64,000 nt of DNA from Alphaproteobacteria bacterium. Lineage in GTDB: Bacteria; Pseudomonadota; Alphaproteobacteria; UBA6615. This document shows positions 17,529 to 28,052 of this stretch, piece after piece. The translations under genes and the position numbers were made by a program. The stretch lies in contig CBDHDN010000019.1 in the NCBI GenBank assembly GCA_965261585.1, forward strand, positions 4,684 through 68,683. The letters run 5' to 3'. The notes below the pieces were generated by a model. It saw only the letters and a program-made list of their open reading frames with translations, did not search any database and was not told where the DNA came from. Each line of letters begins with the position of its first letter. Position 1 is the first letter of the stretch.

Positions 17529-18356
17529 CTAGCCGCCCCCCGGCATCGGGCCGACGACGAGGGCCGGGTCGAGGCGGGTCTGGAACCAATTGATGCGCCA
17601 GTCGAGGTGCGGGCCGGTGGCGCGGCCGGTCGCGCCGATGGTGCCGATGACGTCGCCGTGGCCAACGGCCGCGCCGATGGCGACGTCGACTGACGCCAGG
17701 TGTGAGTAGATCGTCGTCAGCCCGTGGCCGTGATCGACGACGATCGTGCCGCCGGTGAAGAACAGGTCCGCCTCGGCCATGGTCACGGTGCCCGGGGCGG
17801 CGGTCCTGACCGGCGTGCCGACGGGCGCGGCGATGTCGAGGCCGAGATGGGGCCGCCGCGGCTCGCCGTTGAGGATGCGCTGGCTGCCGTAGACGCCGCT
17901 GATACGCCCGGTCGCCGGCCACCGGAAGCCGGCGAGAAACGCGGTCTCGGCACCGTCGCGGGCCCGCGCGGCGCGGATCAGCGCGCCCTCGCGCCGGATG
18001 CGCTCCATGTCGAGCGTGCTCGGCGTGACCTGGCGCGGCGGCAGGCCGTCGATCCGCTGAATGTCGTAAGTGCGCGGGGCGATCGCCAGTGCCTCGACCT
18101 CCTCGCGCCCGTCGGGCAGGCGCACCGTAAGCGCGGCGCTGGGCCCATGGTCGCGGCCGAAGCCGATGACGAAGGTGCCGCTCGCCGCGTCGACGCGTAC
18201 CGCTTCGCCGTCGAGCGTAACCGTTGCCCCCGGTGCCGTGCGGCCGACGACGAGCCCGCCCTGGGCGAGTTGGCCGTCCAGCTCGACCGCCACCGCCGGC
18301 GCGGCGGCCACCAACACAACGGCCATGAGCGGCCACGGAATCGAGAAAAGCCTCAT
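17529..18356 (-). CDS. M23-family metallopeptidase, exported
   Basis: Signal peptide; HLGLDIA, DHGHG, HL, ATGPHLDW. Confidence 0.88.
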   Translation of the reverse strand: MRLFSIPWPLMAVVLVAAAPAVAVELDGQLAQGGLVVGRTAPGATVTLDGEAVRVDAASGTFVIGFGRDHGPSAALTVRLPDGREEVEALAIAPRTYDIQRIDGLPPRQVTPSTLDMERIRREGALIRAARARDGAETAFLAGFRWPATGRISGVYGSQRILNGEPRRPHLGLDIAAPVGTPVRTAAPGTVTMAEADLFFTGGTIVVDHGHGLTTIYSHLASVDVAIGAAVGHGDVIGTIGATGRATGPHLDWRINWFQTRLDPALVVGPMPGGG

Positions 18357-19900
18357 AGCAACGAGCCCTGCTTGTCGCCGGGCTTGGCCGGCGGTGGCTG
18401 CGACTTGCCGCGGTCGGCGACGTGCTCTCGCACGCGCGGCCCCGGCGTGATGACGGCGCCGACCTCGCCGTCGTGAAAGCGCAGGCCGACGCCGCGCCCC
18501 TTGCGGGCCCGCGCGACCGTCGTCAGCGGCGTGCCCACATCGTCCTTGACCAGCACGAAGCCACGCTCCAGCACGCGTTGGTAGGAGAAGCTTTCGAGCA
18601 ACCCATCGAGGCGCATGAGCCGGCTCTCGCCGTCGGCGGCGGCGCGTTGCCAGCCGTGGCCGAGGCGCTCGGCCAGGCCGGCGAGCGCAATGCCCTGGCG
18701 CCCAATCGTCTCGATCGTCTGGCCGCGCTGGACGCGCAGCGCCTGCACGGCGGCGCCGAGCCGCGCGGCCTCCTGATCGAGGTGCTGGCGTGGCGTCGGC
18801 AGGCGAAAGCCGAGCTCGCTGAGCTGGCGGCCGCGCTGATCGAGCCAGCGGTCGATGCCCGGGCGCAGGCGCTCGCCCCACTCGTCGGCACGCTGCATGG
18901 CGGTCTGCAGCAGCGCCTGGGGCTTGGGCAGGCCACGGCCGAGCCCGGCGACCTCGCGCGCCTGCTCGCGCAGCGTGCGCGCCATCGAGGCGATAAGGCG
19001 CGCGCCGTCTCCCGTCACCCGGGCCAGCAATTCGGTGCGCACCGGCACGGCCATCTCGGCCGCGGCGGTCGGCGTCGGTGCGCGCCGGTCGGCAGCTAAG
19101 TCGATGAGCGTCGTGTCGGTCTCATGGCCGACCGCGGAGATCAGCGGGATCGTGCCGGCGGCAACGGCGCGCACGACGGCCTCGTCGTTGAACGCGATCA
19201 GGTCCTCGAGGCTGCCGCCGCCACGGGCGACGATGATGAGGTCGGGCCGCGGCACCGGCTCGCCGGCGACCGGCCCGGCGTTGGCGAGCCCCCCAGGGGC
19301 GATGGCGTTGAAGCCGGCGATGGCGGCGGCGACCTGGGTCGCCGCGGTCTCGCCCTGCACGGCCACCGGCCAAATGATGACCCGGCGCGGGAAGCGGTCG
19401 GCCAGGCGGTGCAGGATGTCGCGGATGACGGCGCCGGTCGGCGAGGTGACGACGCCGATGACCTCGGGCAGGAACGGCAGCGGCCGCTTCGCCGCGTCGT
19501 CGAACAGGCCCTCGGCGGCGAGCCGGCGGCGGCGCTCCTCGATCATGCGCAGGAGCGCGCCCTCGCCGGCGAGCTCCATCTGTTCGATGACGATCTGGTA
19601 GGTCGAGCGGCCGGGGTAGGTGCTGAGCCGGCCGGTGCAGATGACCTCCAGCCCCTCCTCCGGGTGCAACGCCAGCCGCCGCATGGCGCCGCGCCAGACG
19701 ACGCCGTCGAGCACCGCGTCGGCGTCCTTGAGCCGCAGGTAGCAGTGGCCCGAGCCGGCGACCTTCGGCTGCGAAATCTCGCCGCGCACGCGGACGATGG
19801 CGAATTTGTCCTCGACCGTGCGCTTCAGCGCCAGGCTGAGCTCGGTCACGCTCAGCACCGTCGGCAGGTTGTGATCGCTATCCGGCGGCGGCTCGGTCAT
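18353..19900 (-). CDS. xseA: Exodeoxyribonuclease VII large subunit
   Basis: VRGEIS, GHCYLRLKD, VTSPTGAV, RGGGSLEDL, SAVGHETD. Confidence 0.95.
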   Translation of the reverse strand: MTEPPPDSDHNLPTVLSVTELSLALKRTVEDKFAIVRVRGEISQPKVAGSGHCYLRLKDADAVLDGVVWRGAMRRLALHPEEGLEVICTGRLSTYPGRSTYQIVIEQMELAGEGALLRMIEERRRRLAAEGLFDDAAKRPLPFLPEVIGVVTSPTGAVIRDILHRLADRFPRRVIIWPVAVQGETAATQVAAAIAGFNAIAPGGLANAGPVAGEPVPRPDLIIVARGGGSLEDLIAFNDEAVVRAVAAGTIPLISAVGHETDTTLIDLAADRRAPTPTAAAEMAVPVRTELLARVTGDGARLIASMARTLREQAREVAGLGRGLPKPQALLQTAMQRADEWGERLRPGIDRWLDQRGRQLSELGFRLPTPRQHLDQEAARLGAAVQALRVQRGQTIETIGRQGIALAGLAERLGHGWQRAAADGESRLMRLDGLLESFSYQRVLERGFVLVKDDVGTPLTTVARARKGRGVGLRFHDGEVGAVITPGPRVREHVADRGKSQPPPAKPGDKQGSLL

Positions 19901-20004
19901 GTGGGCGCTGTCGCTGGGGCGAGCCGCAAACGCGTCGTCCTCGGCACAAAGCCACTGCTGTCCGGTTTGGCCGATCGCCGGATGAACCCGAGCCTTCTCC
20001 TGGT

Positions 20005-20082
20005 GTCATTGCCGGACCTGATCCGGCAATCCAGTGCGGCGTCGCGGCAATTCTGGATTCGCGGGTCAAGCCCGCGAATGAC
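20005..20082. repeat. REP-like paired palindromes
   Basis: GTCATTGCCGGACCTGATCCGGCAATCCA..TGGATTCGCGGGTCAAGCCCGCGAATGAC. Confidence 0.7.
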
Positions 20083-20262
20083 CCAGATGAAGAGGCCGAG
20101 GATGACGGTCGGAGTGTCCGGCGGTCGCATGCTTACATCCGTCGTTCCGGGCCCTCGTCGCCCAAACCTGCACAGCCGTGGCGAAGCGGCGCGTATGATA
20201 CTCACGCGCCCGATTCGAACAAGAACGGCTGTATCCCGGCGCGCGTTAAGGTGAGGTCAAGC

Positions 20263-21555
20263 ATGCGCATCCTGGTGGTCGGCGGCGGCGGGCGCGAGCA
20301 TGCGCTGTGCTGGGCGATCGAGGCATCGCCGCTGTGCGACGCCCTGTACTGCGCGCCCGGCAATCCCGGCATCGCCGACGTCGCCAAATGCCTGCCGATC
20401 GCCGCCGACGATGTCGACGGGCTCGTCGTGGCCGCGGTCGAGCGGCGCATCGATTATGTCGTCGTCGGGCCGGAGGCGCCGCTCGTCGCCGGCCTCGTCG
20501 ACCGGCTGGCCGATGCCGGCATCAAGGCGTTCGGGCCGACGGCCGCGGCCGCGGCACTGGAAGGCTCGAAGGGCTTCATGAAGGATCTGTGCGCGCGCCA
20601 CGGCATCCCGACGGCCGCCTACCGCCGCTGCACCGACGCCGATGCCGCGATCGCCTGGGCGGCCGAGCGGCTGGCCGCCACCGGCGGCGTCGTCGTCAAG
20701 GCCGACGGGCTTACCGCCGGCAAGGGCGTGACCGTGGCGACGGATCCGGCGACGGCAAATGCCGCCATCGACGCGGCGCTGACCGGGGGCGCGTTTGGCG
20801 CCGCCGGGGCCGCGCTCGTGCTGGAAGAGTTGCTGGTCGGCGAGGAGCTGAGCTTCTTCGCCCTCGTCGACGGCACGACGGCGCTGCCGCTGGCCGGCGC
20901 CCGCGACTACAAGCGCGCCCACGACGGCGACGCCGGCCCCAACACCGGCGGCATGGGCGCGCTTTCGCCGGCGGACACGCTGACCCCGGCGCTCGAGGCG
21001 ACGATCATGGCGACAATCGTCGAGCCGCTGGTCGCCGCCATGGCCGGCGCCGGCGCGCCCTACAAGGGCGTGCTCTATGCCGGCCTGATGCTGACCGACG
21101 ACGGGCCGCAGCTGCTCGAGGTGAACGTGCGTTTCGGCGACCCGGAATGCCAGGCGCTCGTGCCGCGGCTCAAGTCCGACCTCGTGCCGGCCCTGATTGC
21201 GACGACGGATGGGGTGCTGAACGCGTTCGACCTGCGCTGGTACGACGAGGCGGCGGTCACGATCGTCATGGCGACGCGCGGCTATCCCGGCACCTACGCG
21301 AAGGGCAGCGAGATCCGCGGCCTCGCCGCGGCGGCCGACATGGAGGACGTGTTCGTGTTCCAGGCCGGCACCGCGCGCGACGGCGACCGGCTCGTCGCGG
21401 CGGGCGGCCGGGTGCTGGCGGTCACGGCGCTGGGCGCCGACACGGCGGCGGCCAGGGCACGCGCCTACGCCGCGATCGACCGCATCGACTGGCCCGATGG
21501 CTTTTGCCGCCGCGACATCGGCGGGCCGCCGCTGGAGCAGCGCCCAGTATCGTAG
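20263..21555 (+). CDS. purD: Phosphoribosylamine--glycine ligase
   Basis: [44 protein letters not shown]. Confidence 0.96.
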   Translation: MRILVVGGGGREHALCWAIEASPLCDALYCAPGNPGIADVAKCLPIAADDVDGLVVAAVERRIDYVVVGPEAPLVAGLVDRLADAGIKAFGPTAAAAALEGSKGFMKDLCARHGIPTAAYRRCTDADAAIAWAAERLAATGGVVVKADGLTAGKGVTVATDPATANAAIDAALTGGAFGAAGAALVLEELLVGEELSFFALVDGTTALPLAGARDYKRAHDGDAGPNTGGMGALSPADTLTPALEATIMATIVEPLVAAMAGAGAPYKGVLYAGLMLTDDGPQLLEVNVRFGDPECQALVPRLKSDLVPALIATTDGVLNAFDLRWYDEAAVTIVMATRGYPGTYAKGSEIRGLAAAADMEDVFVFQAGTARDGDRLVAAGGRVLAVTALGADTAAARARAYAAIDRIDWPDGFCRRDIGGPPLEQRPVS

Positions 21556-21614
21556 ACAGCCGTTTCACCCCCCACCTCGTCCCTCCCCCACAAGGGGGGA
21601 GGGGGAATTTCGCC

Positions 21615-22016
21615 TCACGGGATGGACGATTCGACCTTTATCCACTCGGCCGCCCGAGCGTCGTCGGGGCCGGTGAACTTGACCTCGACCATCGCGCCCG
21701 CCGTAAGGTCGGTGAACGTGCCGTTCAGACTGGCTTGCCTGAGCTTCGATCGGTCGAGCCAGATGCGTGTCATATCGGTCAGCGGGACGACGATCGGGCC
21801 GCTCGGTGCCGCGAGGGTGATCGTGCGCGCCGCCGGATCGACGGCTTCGACGACACCGACGGTCGTCTGCTTGTAGGACACGCCGGGCGACTGGCCGAGC
21901 GGGATGTAGCGCTCCGTCGCCGGGTGACCATGGGCAATCGAGGCGGCGAACAGCGCCGCAAACATGACAGCCGCGCCCATCAGGAGGTGGCGGCGCTTGC
22001 GGGTTCGCTTTCTCAT
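21615..22016 (-). CDS. Exported hypothetical protein (beta-rich, possible OB fold)
   Basis: Signal peptide ending A-H-G; start overlaps the stop of the upstream cytochrome gene. Confidence 0.6.
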   Translation of the reverse strand: MRKRTRKRRHLLMGAAVMFAALFAASIAHGHPATERYIPLGQSPGVSYKQTTVGVVEAVDPAARTITLAAPSGPIVVPLTDMTRIWLDRSKLRQASLNGTFTDLTAGAMVEVKFTGPDDARAAEWIKVESSIP

Positions 22017-22981
22017 CGGGCACCTTCCGCGTTGGTCACGAGCTCGGCCCGGGCCTGCTCCAGCGCGCGGATCGCGCGCCGCACGGAGCGCCGCCGCGCG
22101 AACGAACGAGACGACCGTCCGATGATCGCCTCGGCCCCCTCGAGATGGGCGACCGCCGCGGGATGCAGGCCGGCGCCGGCCAGCACCTGGATCGCGTCGC
22201 CGGTCTCGAAGAACGCCTGCCCGGGGTCGCCGGGGCGGCTGCTCTCGAGCAGCGCGATGCTGGCGCGAATGTTCTCCAGCGCATTGATCACGCGCAGGAA
22301 CGCCGCGACCTCGACGACCTGGGTGGCGTCGAGCCGGATGCCGATGCCGTTGGCACCGGGCAGGTTCGCCAGAAACTGGCCCGCCGGCGAGGCGTTGAAC
22401 GCGTCGCCATTGTAGAACGCGACCGCGCCCTCGATGGTCTCGATCGCGTTGTTGTGGAAGAACGGGCCGGTATCGGCGGCCTCGACGAGCGTCGGCGTGT
22501 TGAACGTGCCGAAATTGCGGTCATTGGGGTCGAGGCCGATGCCAAAGCCGTCGTCGGGCGGGACCAGCTCGTCGGTGAGGTCCTGGGGCTGGTCCGGCAG
22601 GGCCACGACGCCGGTGTTGAAGTTCATGTTGTTGCCTGGCGCGACGTTGGCGCCGGCGTTGGCGTGGCAGACGTTGCACTTGCCGAGTGTGTTGTCGAGG
22701 AAGATCGCCTGACCGCGGCCGGCGACGATGCCGCGCAGCGGCAACGGCAGCGGCAGCTCCTCGCGGCGGCCGAGGGAGAGCTGGAAGACCTCGAGCGCGT
22801 CGAGCTCCGCCTCCGTCGGCATTCGAAAGTCGTAACCGGCGATGCGCTCCAACGTCTTCGGGAAATGCTGGATGACGGCGCCGATGGCAAACGAGCGCAA
22901 CGTCCCGTCGCCTGGCGCGCCGTCGCCCGACCAGCCGGTGCGCGGCCCCTGGGGACTGTCGATCGACGTCGGCAGCGCTAG

Positions 22982-24633
22982 CCCGGATTTCTCACAGCGG
23001 GATTGGTGGTGGCCGAGAGCCAGTTCATCTTCGGCGCTGTTGATGGGTTGCTGTGAAGCAGGCAGGCTGGAGGGTTCCGCCGGCTGCTGGCGGTGGTCTG
23101 AGGCTGGAGTTGATCCTGTGTGGTTGACGGGACGGGCGGAGGCCGGCTGCTGGGGTCAGCCGGTGGCGTTGCATAATCGATGGTGAGCCAGGCGGTATTC
23201 CTGCTGGTAGGGGAACGAAGACGCCATTGCGAACTTGACGCGGCGGACGGAGCGGCGCACCTGGGCGCCGATCTTCAACAGCTTCAAGCGGATGGTGCCG
23301 CAGGTGGCGCGGGCGAAGCGGGTGTGCTTGAGGGCGATGCGGCGCAGCGCGCAGAGCAGCGCATAGGCCATGGCGGCGAACCACAAGCGCAGCTGGTTGG
23401 CCCGCATGGTGGCAGCCGAAGTGCGGTCGGCGAACAGATCGGCCTGGCATTCCTTGATGCGGTTCTCCATGTCGCCGCGGGCGCAATAGACCTTTTCATA
23501 GAGCCGGCGGGCCTTGACCTCGCCGGTGCCGAGCGAGGTGACGACGAAGCGCGGATTGGCCTTACCGTGGGTCCATTCGGCCTTGGCGACGACGCGGCGT
23601 TCGCGGCTCCAGCTCTTACGCGTCGTCCACACCAGCTCCTGGTAGCGGCGGGCCGGCTTGCCGGTGCGCCGGCTGTCGGCGGCGGCGGCGGCGAGAGCGT
23701 TCTCGATCGCGCCGCTGAGCCGCTTGTTCCTGGCCAGCCCAAAGACGTAGTCGACCCGGTTGGCTTCGCACCACGCCATCAGCGCCTCGCGGGCGAAGCC
23801 GGAATCAGCGCGCACCAGAATACGCACGTCCGGCCAGTCGTCGCGGATCTGCTCGACGATCCGGGCGAGCTCCTCGATCGCGCCGGCGGCGCCGTCGATA
23901 TTGGCCGGCCGCAGCTTCGCCGCCAGCAGATGCCGGCCACAGAAGATGTACAGCGGCAGATAGCAGTAACAATCGTAGTAACCGTGGAAGAACCGATCCT
24001 CCTGCTCGCCGTGCAACGGATCGTCGGTCGCGTCGAGGTCGATGATGATCTGCTTCGCCGGCCGCCGGTGCGCGGCCAAGAACAGCGCGACGAACTGGCG
24101 CTCGATCGCCGCCGCGTCGTGGCCGATCTTGTGATAGCGCGACGGCGCCCCCGACGGCGCGTGCTCCAGCCGGTTCAGCGTCGACTTGCCGGCGAGCGGC
24201 GCGCAGTCCGCCCGCCGCGCCTCGAGCTTGCCGGCGAGCACCGCCATCACCGGATCATGGCGCAGCTCGTCGTGGTCGATCAGGTCCTCGTAACCCAGCG
24301 CCAGGGCGAACACACGTTGGCCGACCAGCGTCGCGACGCTGTGCTCCGTCAACGCCGGATCGCGGCCGTCCTGGAAACATCGCGCAAACCCCGCGACCAG
24401 GCCAATCGCCCGCTCCGTGGCCCCCAGCAAAAGCGCGCCGCCGTTCGACGTCACCGCACCGCCGTCAAACGCTGCCTCAACGCGCCGGCTCTCAACGCGT
24501 GCAAATCCGAACAGATCCGAGATACACTCTGTTGGCATTGGGGAGATCCTCCGTCTCAGCTTAAGTTCTTGTTGCAACAATCACTTTCGCTGATTCGGGG
24601 CCCCGATGCACTACTCCGTGCGAGAAATCCGGG
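22982..24633 (-). mobile_element. IS1380-family element
   Basis: IRs CCCGGATTTCTC / GAGAAATCCGGG; CTAG duplicated at 22978 and 24634. Confidence 0.93.
23156..24538 (-). CDS. IS1380-family transposase (DDE_Tnp_1_4)
   Basis: FDGGAVTSNGG, GYEDLIDH, DLDATDD, HGYY, RADSGF, YCARGDMENRIKE; start MPTEC at 24538. Confidence 0.93.
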   Translation of the reverse strand: MPTECISDLFGFARVESRRVEAAFDGGAVTSNGGALLLGATERAIGLVAGFARCFQDGRDPALTEHSVATLVGQRVFALALGYEDLIDHDELRHDPVMAVLAGKLEARRADCAPLAGKSTLNRLEHAPSGAPSRYHKIGHDAAAIERQFVALFLAAHRRPAKQIIIDLDATDDPLHGEQEDRFFHGYYDCYCYLPLYIFCGRHLLAAKLRPANIDGAAGAIEELARIVEQIRDDWPDVRILVRADSGFAREALMAWCEANRVDYVFGLARNKRLSGAIENALAAAAADSRRTGKPARRYQELVWTTRKSWSRERRVVAKAEWTHGKANPRFVVTSLGTGEVKARRLYEKVYCARGDMENRIKECQADLFADRTSAATMRANQLRLWFAAMAYALLCALRRIALKHTRFARATCGTIRLKLLKIGAQVRRSVRRVKFAMASSFPYQQEYRLAHHRLCNATG

Positions 24634-25137
24634 CTAGGGTGTGGGGCACGCCGCGCATGTTGAAGTTCGTCGCGAGGTCGTCGAAGCCGTCCTGATTCTC
24701 CAGGATCAGCCCGAACTGGCGCATCAGCACCGGGTTCTCGAAATTCTCCGCCAAGTCGGGGTTGGTCTCGGCGACGAACAGCGGGTCGTCCAGGGGCAAC
24801 GTCGCGATGAAGGCCGGCGACAGCGCGAAGTTGTCCGCGGCCCTGTGGCAGGTGCCGCAGGTCCGGCCGTTGCCGTCGAAGGTTTCGTTGAAAAAGATCT
24901 GGCGACCCTGCTCCACGAGATCGATCGGCTCGTCCGGTAGCGGCCCGGCGACCTGACACGCCGCCACCAGGCCGGCGACGGACAACATCGCCGCGGCCAT
25001 GGTCCGGCGCTTTCGTGATGCGTTCATCGCAACGCTCCTCCAGAAAGCACACGACCCGCGCGAATTAAGTTTTCGTCAGGCGACGTGAAGATACTGTTAA
25101 CGCGTTAGATTTATTTACATTTGCCGGCCACGGCGGA

Positions 25138-25599
25138 TCAGGCGCGGGGGCGCCTGGCCTGGAAGAAATCGGCAAGCAGCGCGGCGCAGCGGCGCTCGGC
25201 GACGCCGCCATAGACCTCGGGCCGGTGGTGGCAGGTCGGCTGGCCGAAGATGCGCGGCCCATGGTCGACGCCGCCGCCCTTGGGGTCGTAAGCACCGAAA
25301 TAGAGCCGGCGGATGCGCGCGAAAGCGATCGCCTGGGCACACATGGGACAGGGCTCCAGCGTCACGTAGAGGTCGCAGTCGGGCAGCCGCGGCACACCGC
25401 GCGCGGCGGCCGCGGCACGCAGGACGACGAGCTCGGCATGAGCCGTCGGGTCGGCGGTGGCCTCGATGCGATTACCGGCACGGGCCAAGACGGTGCCCGT
25501 GGCGCCGTCGACGACGACAGCACCGACCGGCACGTCGCCGGCGGCGGCCGCCGCCGCGGCTTCGGCGAGCGCGACGTCCATGGGATCGGGGGACGGCAT
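25138..25599 (-). CDS. tadA: tRNA adenosine(34) deaminase
   Basis: VPVGAV, DPTAHAE, LYVTLEPCPMCA, YFGAYDPK. Confidence 0.85.
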   Translation of the reverse strand: MPSPDPMDVALAEAAAAAAAGDVPVGAVVVDGATGTVLARAGNRIEATADPTAHAELVVLRAAAAARGVPRLPDCDLYVTLEPCPMCAQAIAFARIRRLYFGAYDPKGGGVDHGPRIFGQPTCHHRPEVYGGVAERRCAALLADFFQARRPRA

Positions 25600-25828
25600 G
25601 GTGTCGGCGACCCTGCCGGGGCACGAGCCATGGCGTCAAGCGCCGCTTGGCGGTTTGGTAAGCCCGATCCGGCACGCTGGGCCGCGATCCGGCGGCGAAT
25701 TGCGTCGTCAAACCATGACGCCTAGTGGTTCGATGCTGACGGATGGTATCCATCCGTCAGCTGAATCGAACCACGCCGCTTATTGATTCTGTGGGCTGAT
25801 TCACCTAACGCTTGGGGTACCAAGCGTT

Positions 25829-27214
25829 AGGTATAGCTGAATCTTGTGTACGGCGTTGGAAAGAGGGCGGCGTATCCTGGTGATTGTTGCAGTCACCACT
25901 TGACCTAAGCCAAGGAAGGATACGCCATGGAAGAGAATACCGTTGTTGCCTTTCGGAACCCATCGAATTTTCAGGATGACCCGTTGACGGAAGTCCTACG
26001 AGCTGGGGCGCGTGAGTTGCTGGCTCAAGCCGTGGAAGCTGAAGTTGCCGAGTTTCTGGAAGGTCATGCGACGCTGGTTGATGACCGGGGCCGTCGCCGG
26101 ATTGTACGCAATGGCCACTTGCCGGAACGGCTGATACAGACCGGGATCGGCCCGGTGGACGTGCGTCAGCCGCGTGTCCGGGATCGGAGAGCCGGCGAGG
26201 GTGCCGGCGCCATCCGGTTCACGTCGGCGATCCTGCCGCGCTATCTGCGCCGCACCAAGAGCCTGGAGGATTTGCTGCCGTGGCTATACTTGAGGGGCAT
26301 CTCCAGCGGCGATTTCTCGGAAGCGTTGGCGGCGTTGCTGGGGGCACAGGCCCCGGGTCTGTCGGCCTCCACGATCGGGCGACTGAAGGAAGTTTGGCAA
26401 GACGAGATGGAGCGCTGGCAACGGCGTGATTTATCGGCCAAGCGCTACGTCTACTTCTGGGTCGACGGCATCTATTTTGGCGCCCGCCTGGAAGAGGAGA
26501 AGCAATGCATCCTGGTTATCATCGGCGCCACGGATCACGGAACCAAGGAGTTGATCGCCATCACCGACGGCTACCGCGAGAGCGAACAATCCTGGCGCGA
26601 GGTGCTGCTCGATCTCAAGCGGCGTGGTCTCGGCATCGGCCCGGAACTGGTGACCGGCGATGGCGCGCTCGGCTTCTGGAAGGCGCTCCGCCAAGTCTAC
26701 GGGGCCGCCCGCGAGCAGCGCTGCTGGGTGCATAAGACGGGCAATATCTTGAACAAGCTACCCAAGGGTCGGCAGAACAAGGCCAAGGGTCACTTGCAGG
26801 ATATCTGGATGGCCGAAACCAGGAAGGACGCGGAGACCGCCTTCGACTTCTTCCTGGAAGCCTACGGACCGAAGTACGAAAAGGCCACGGCCTGCCTGGC
26901 CAAGGACCGGGACGCCTTGCTGAGCTTCTACGACTTCCCCGCCGAGCATTGGAAGCATGTGCGGACGACGAACCCCATCGAGAGCACCTTCGCCACGGTT
27001 CGCCTTCGCACCTATCGGACCAAGGGTTGCCTGTCACGCAAGACGGCGATGGCCATGGTCTTCAAGCTTTGCCAGGGGGCCAGCAAGAAATGGCGGAGGC
27101 TCAATGGATCAGATCAGTTCGCCGAGATCATTCGAGGCGTCAAATTCGTGAATGGAGAACGCCAGGATCGCGCCGCCGCATGACAAACCCATACACAACT
27201 TTTGACAATAGCTC
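25829..27214 (+). mobile_element. IS256-family element, copy 2
   Basis: Same 1386-bp core as copy 1; CCAAGCGTT duplicated at 25820-25828 and 27215-27223. Confidence 0.92.
25927..27183 (+). CDS. IS256-family transposase
   Basis: Translation identical to 8493-9749. Confidence 0.95.
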   Translation: MEENTVVAFRNPSNFQDDPLTEVLRAGARELLAQAVEAEVAEFLEGHATLVDDRGRRRIVRNGHLPERLIQTGIGPVDVRQPRVRDRRAGEGAGAIRFTSAILPRYLRRTKSLEDLLPWLYLRGISSGDFSEALAALLGAQAPGLSASTIGRLKEVWQDEMERWQRRDLSAKRYVYFWVDGIYFGARLEEEKQCILVIIGATDHGTKELIAITDGYRESEQSWREVLLDLKRRGLGIGPELVTGDGALGFWKALRQVYGAAREQRCWVHKTGNILNKLPKGRQNKAKGHLQDIWMAETRKDAETAFDFFLEAYGPKYEKATACLAKDRDALLSFYDFPAEHWKHVRTTNPIESTFATVRLRTYRTKGCLSRKTAMAMVFKLCQGASKKWRRLNGSDQFAEIIRGVKFVNGERQDRAAA

Positions 27215-27249
27215 CCAAGCGTTAGGATCAGACCACTAGAGTGCCCGCC

Positions 27250-27963
27250 ATGAGCCTGCCCATGATCGGTGTGACCCTCGATAGCGAAGCCGCCGGCGGC
27301 TATTCGAACCTGCCGTGGTACGCCCTGCGCGAGAACTATTGCGCGGCGATCGCCGCTGCCGGCGGCCTGCCGGTCGCCTTGCCCCACGAGCCGGAGCAGG
27401 CCCACGCCTATCTCGACCGGCTGGACGGGCTGGTCGTGACGGGCGGCGCCTTCGACGTCGATCCGGCGATCTTCGGCGCCGCGTCGCGCCACCCCAAGGT
27501 GACGACCAAGGACCGGCGCACGGCGTTTGAGCTGGCGGCGACGCGTGGCGCGGTCGCGCGCGATATACCGGTGCTGGGCATCTGCGGCGGCCAGCAGCTG
27601 CTGCACGTGGTGCTGGGCGGGGCGCTGATCCAGCACATCCCCGACGAGGTGGCCGACGCCCTGGCGCACGAGCAGCCGAACCCGCGCGACGAGCCCGGCC
27701 ATGCCGTGACGGTCGCCACCGGCACGCTGCTGCACACCATCGTCGGCACGGGCGCGCTCGAGGTGAACAGCGCCCACCATCAGGCGGCGAAGGGCGAGCC
27801 GGCCGGCGTGCGCGTAAACGCGGTGGCGCCGGACGGCGTCATCGAAGGCATCGAAGCGGTCGGCAAGCGCTTCTGCCTCGGCGTGCAGTGGCACCCGGAA
27901 TACGGCGTGTCCGCGGGGGATGGGAAGATCTTCCAGGCGTTCGTGCAAGCCGCGGCGGGCTGA
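27250..27963 (+). CDS. Gamma-glutamyl-gamma-aminobutyrate hydrolase family (peptidase C26)
   Basis: PMIGVT, TGG, LGICGGQQ, VNSAHHQA, GVQWHPE. Confidence 0.9.
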   Translation: MSLPMIGVTLDSEAAGGYSNLPWYALRENYCAAIAAAGGLPVALPHEPEQAHAYLDRLDGLVVTGGAFDVDPAIFGAASRHPKVTTKDRRTAFELAATRGAVARDIPVLGICGGQQLLHVVLGGALIQHIPDEVADALAHEQPNPRDEPGHAVTVATGTLLHTIVGTGALEVNSAHHQAAKGEPAGVRVNAVAPDGVIEGIEAVGKRFCLGVQWHPEYGVSAGDGKIFQAFVQAAAG

Positions 27964-28052
27964 GAAGCGATTCTCAAGCAGATGGCATTGCCGGCCCACA
28001 CCCGACCCGACCGCCGTCCAAGTCTCCAAGTGACGGCCAAGGCGCCCCCGCG

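Larger units (their letters stand above)
22013..25027 (-). pseudogene. Diheme cytochrome c (CcP/MauG-like) lipoprotein interrupted by IS1380
   Basis: Lipobox LVAAC; CGTCH and CNVCH; TGPFFHNN; removing the IS and one CTAG joins VPHTL|ALPTSID into a 452-aa ORF. Confidence 0.85.
25722..27239. mobile_element. About 120-bp two-hairpin element family B (RIME/CIR-like), copy 1, split by IS256
   Basis: CTAGTGGTTCGAT..CCAAGCGTT at 25722-25828, remainder CCAAGCGTTAGGATCAGACCACTAG at 27215-27239; matches the copies at 41600 and 56294. Confidence 0.85.

Noticed and set aside
8395-27214. Composite transposon bounded by two IS256 copies
   Set aside because: Each copy has its own target duplication, and the enclosed DNA is core genes (msbA, waaA, purD)
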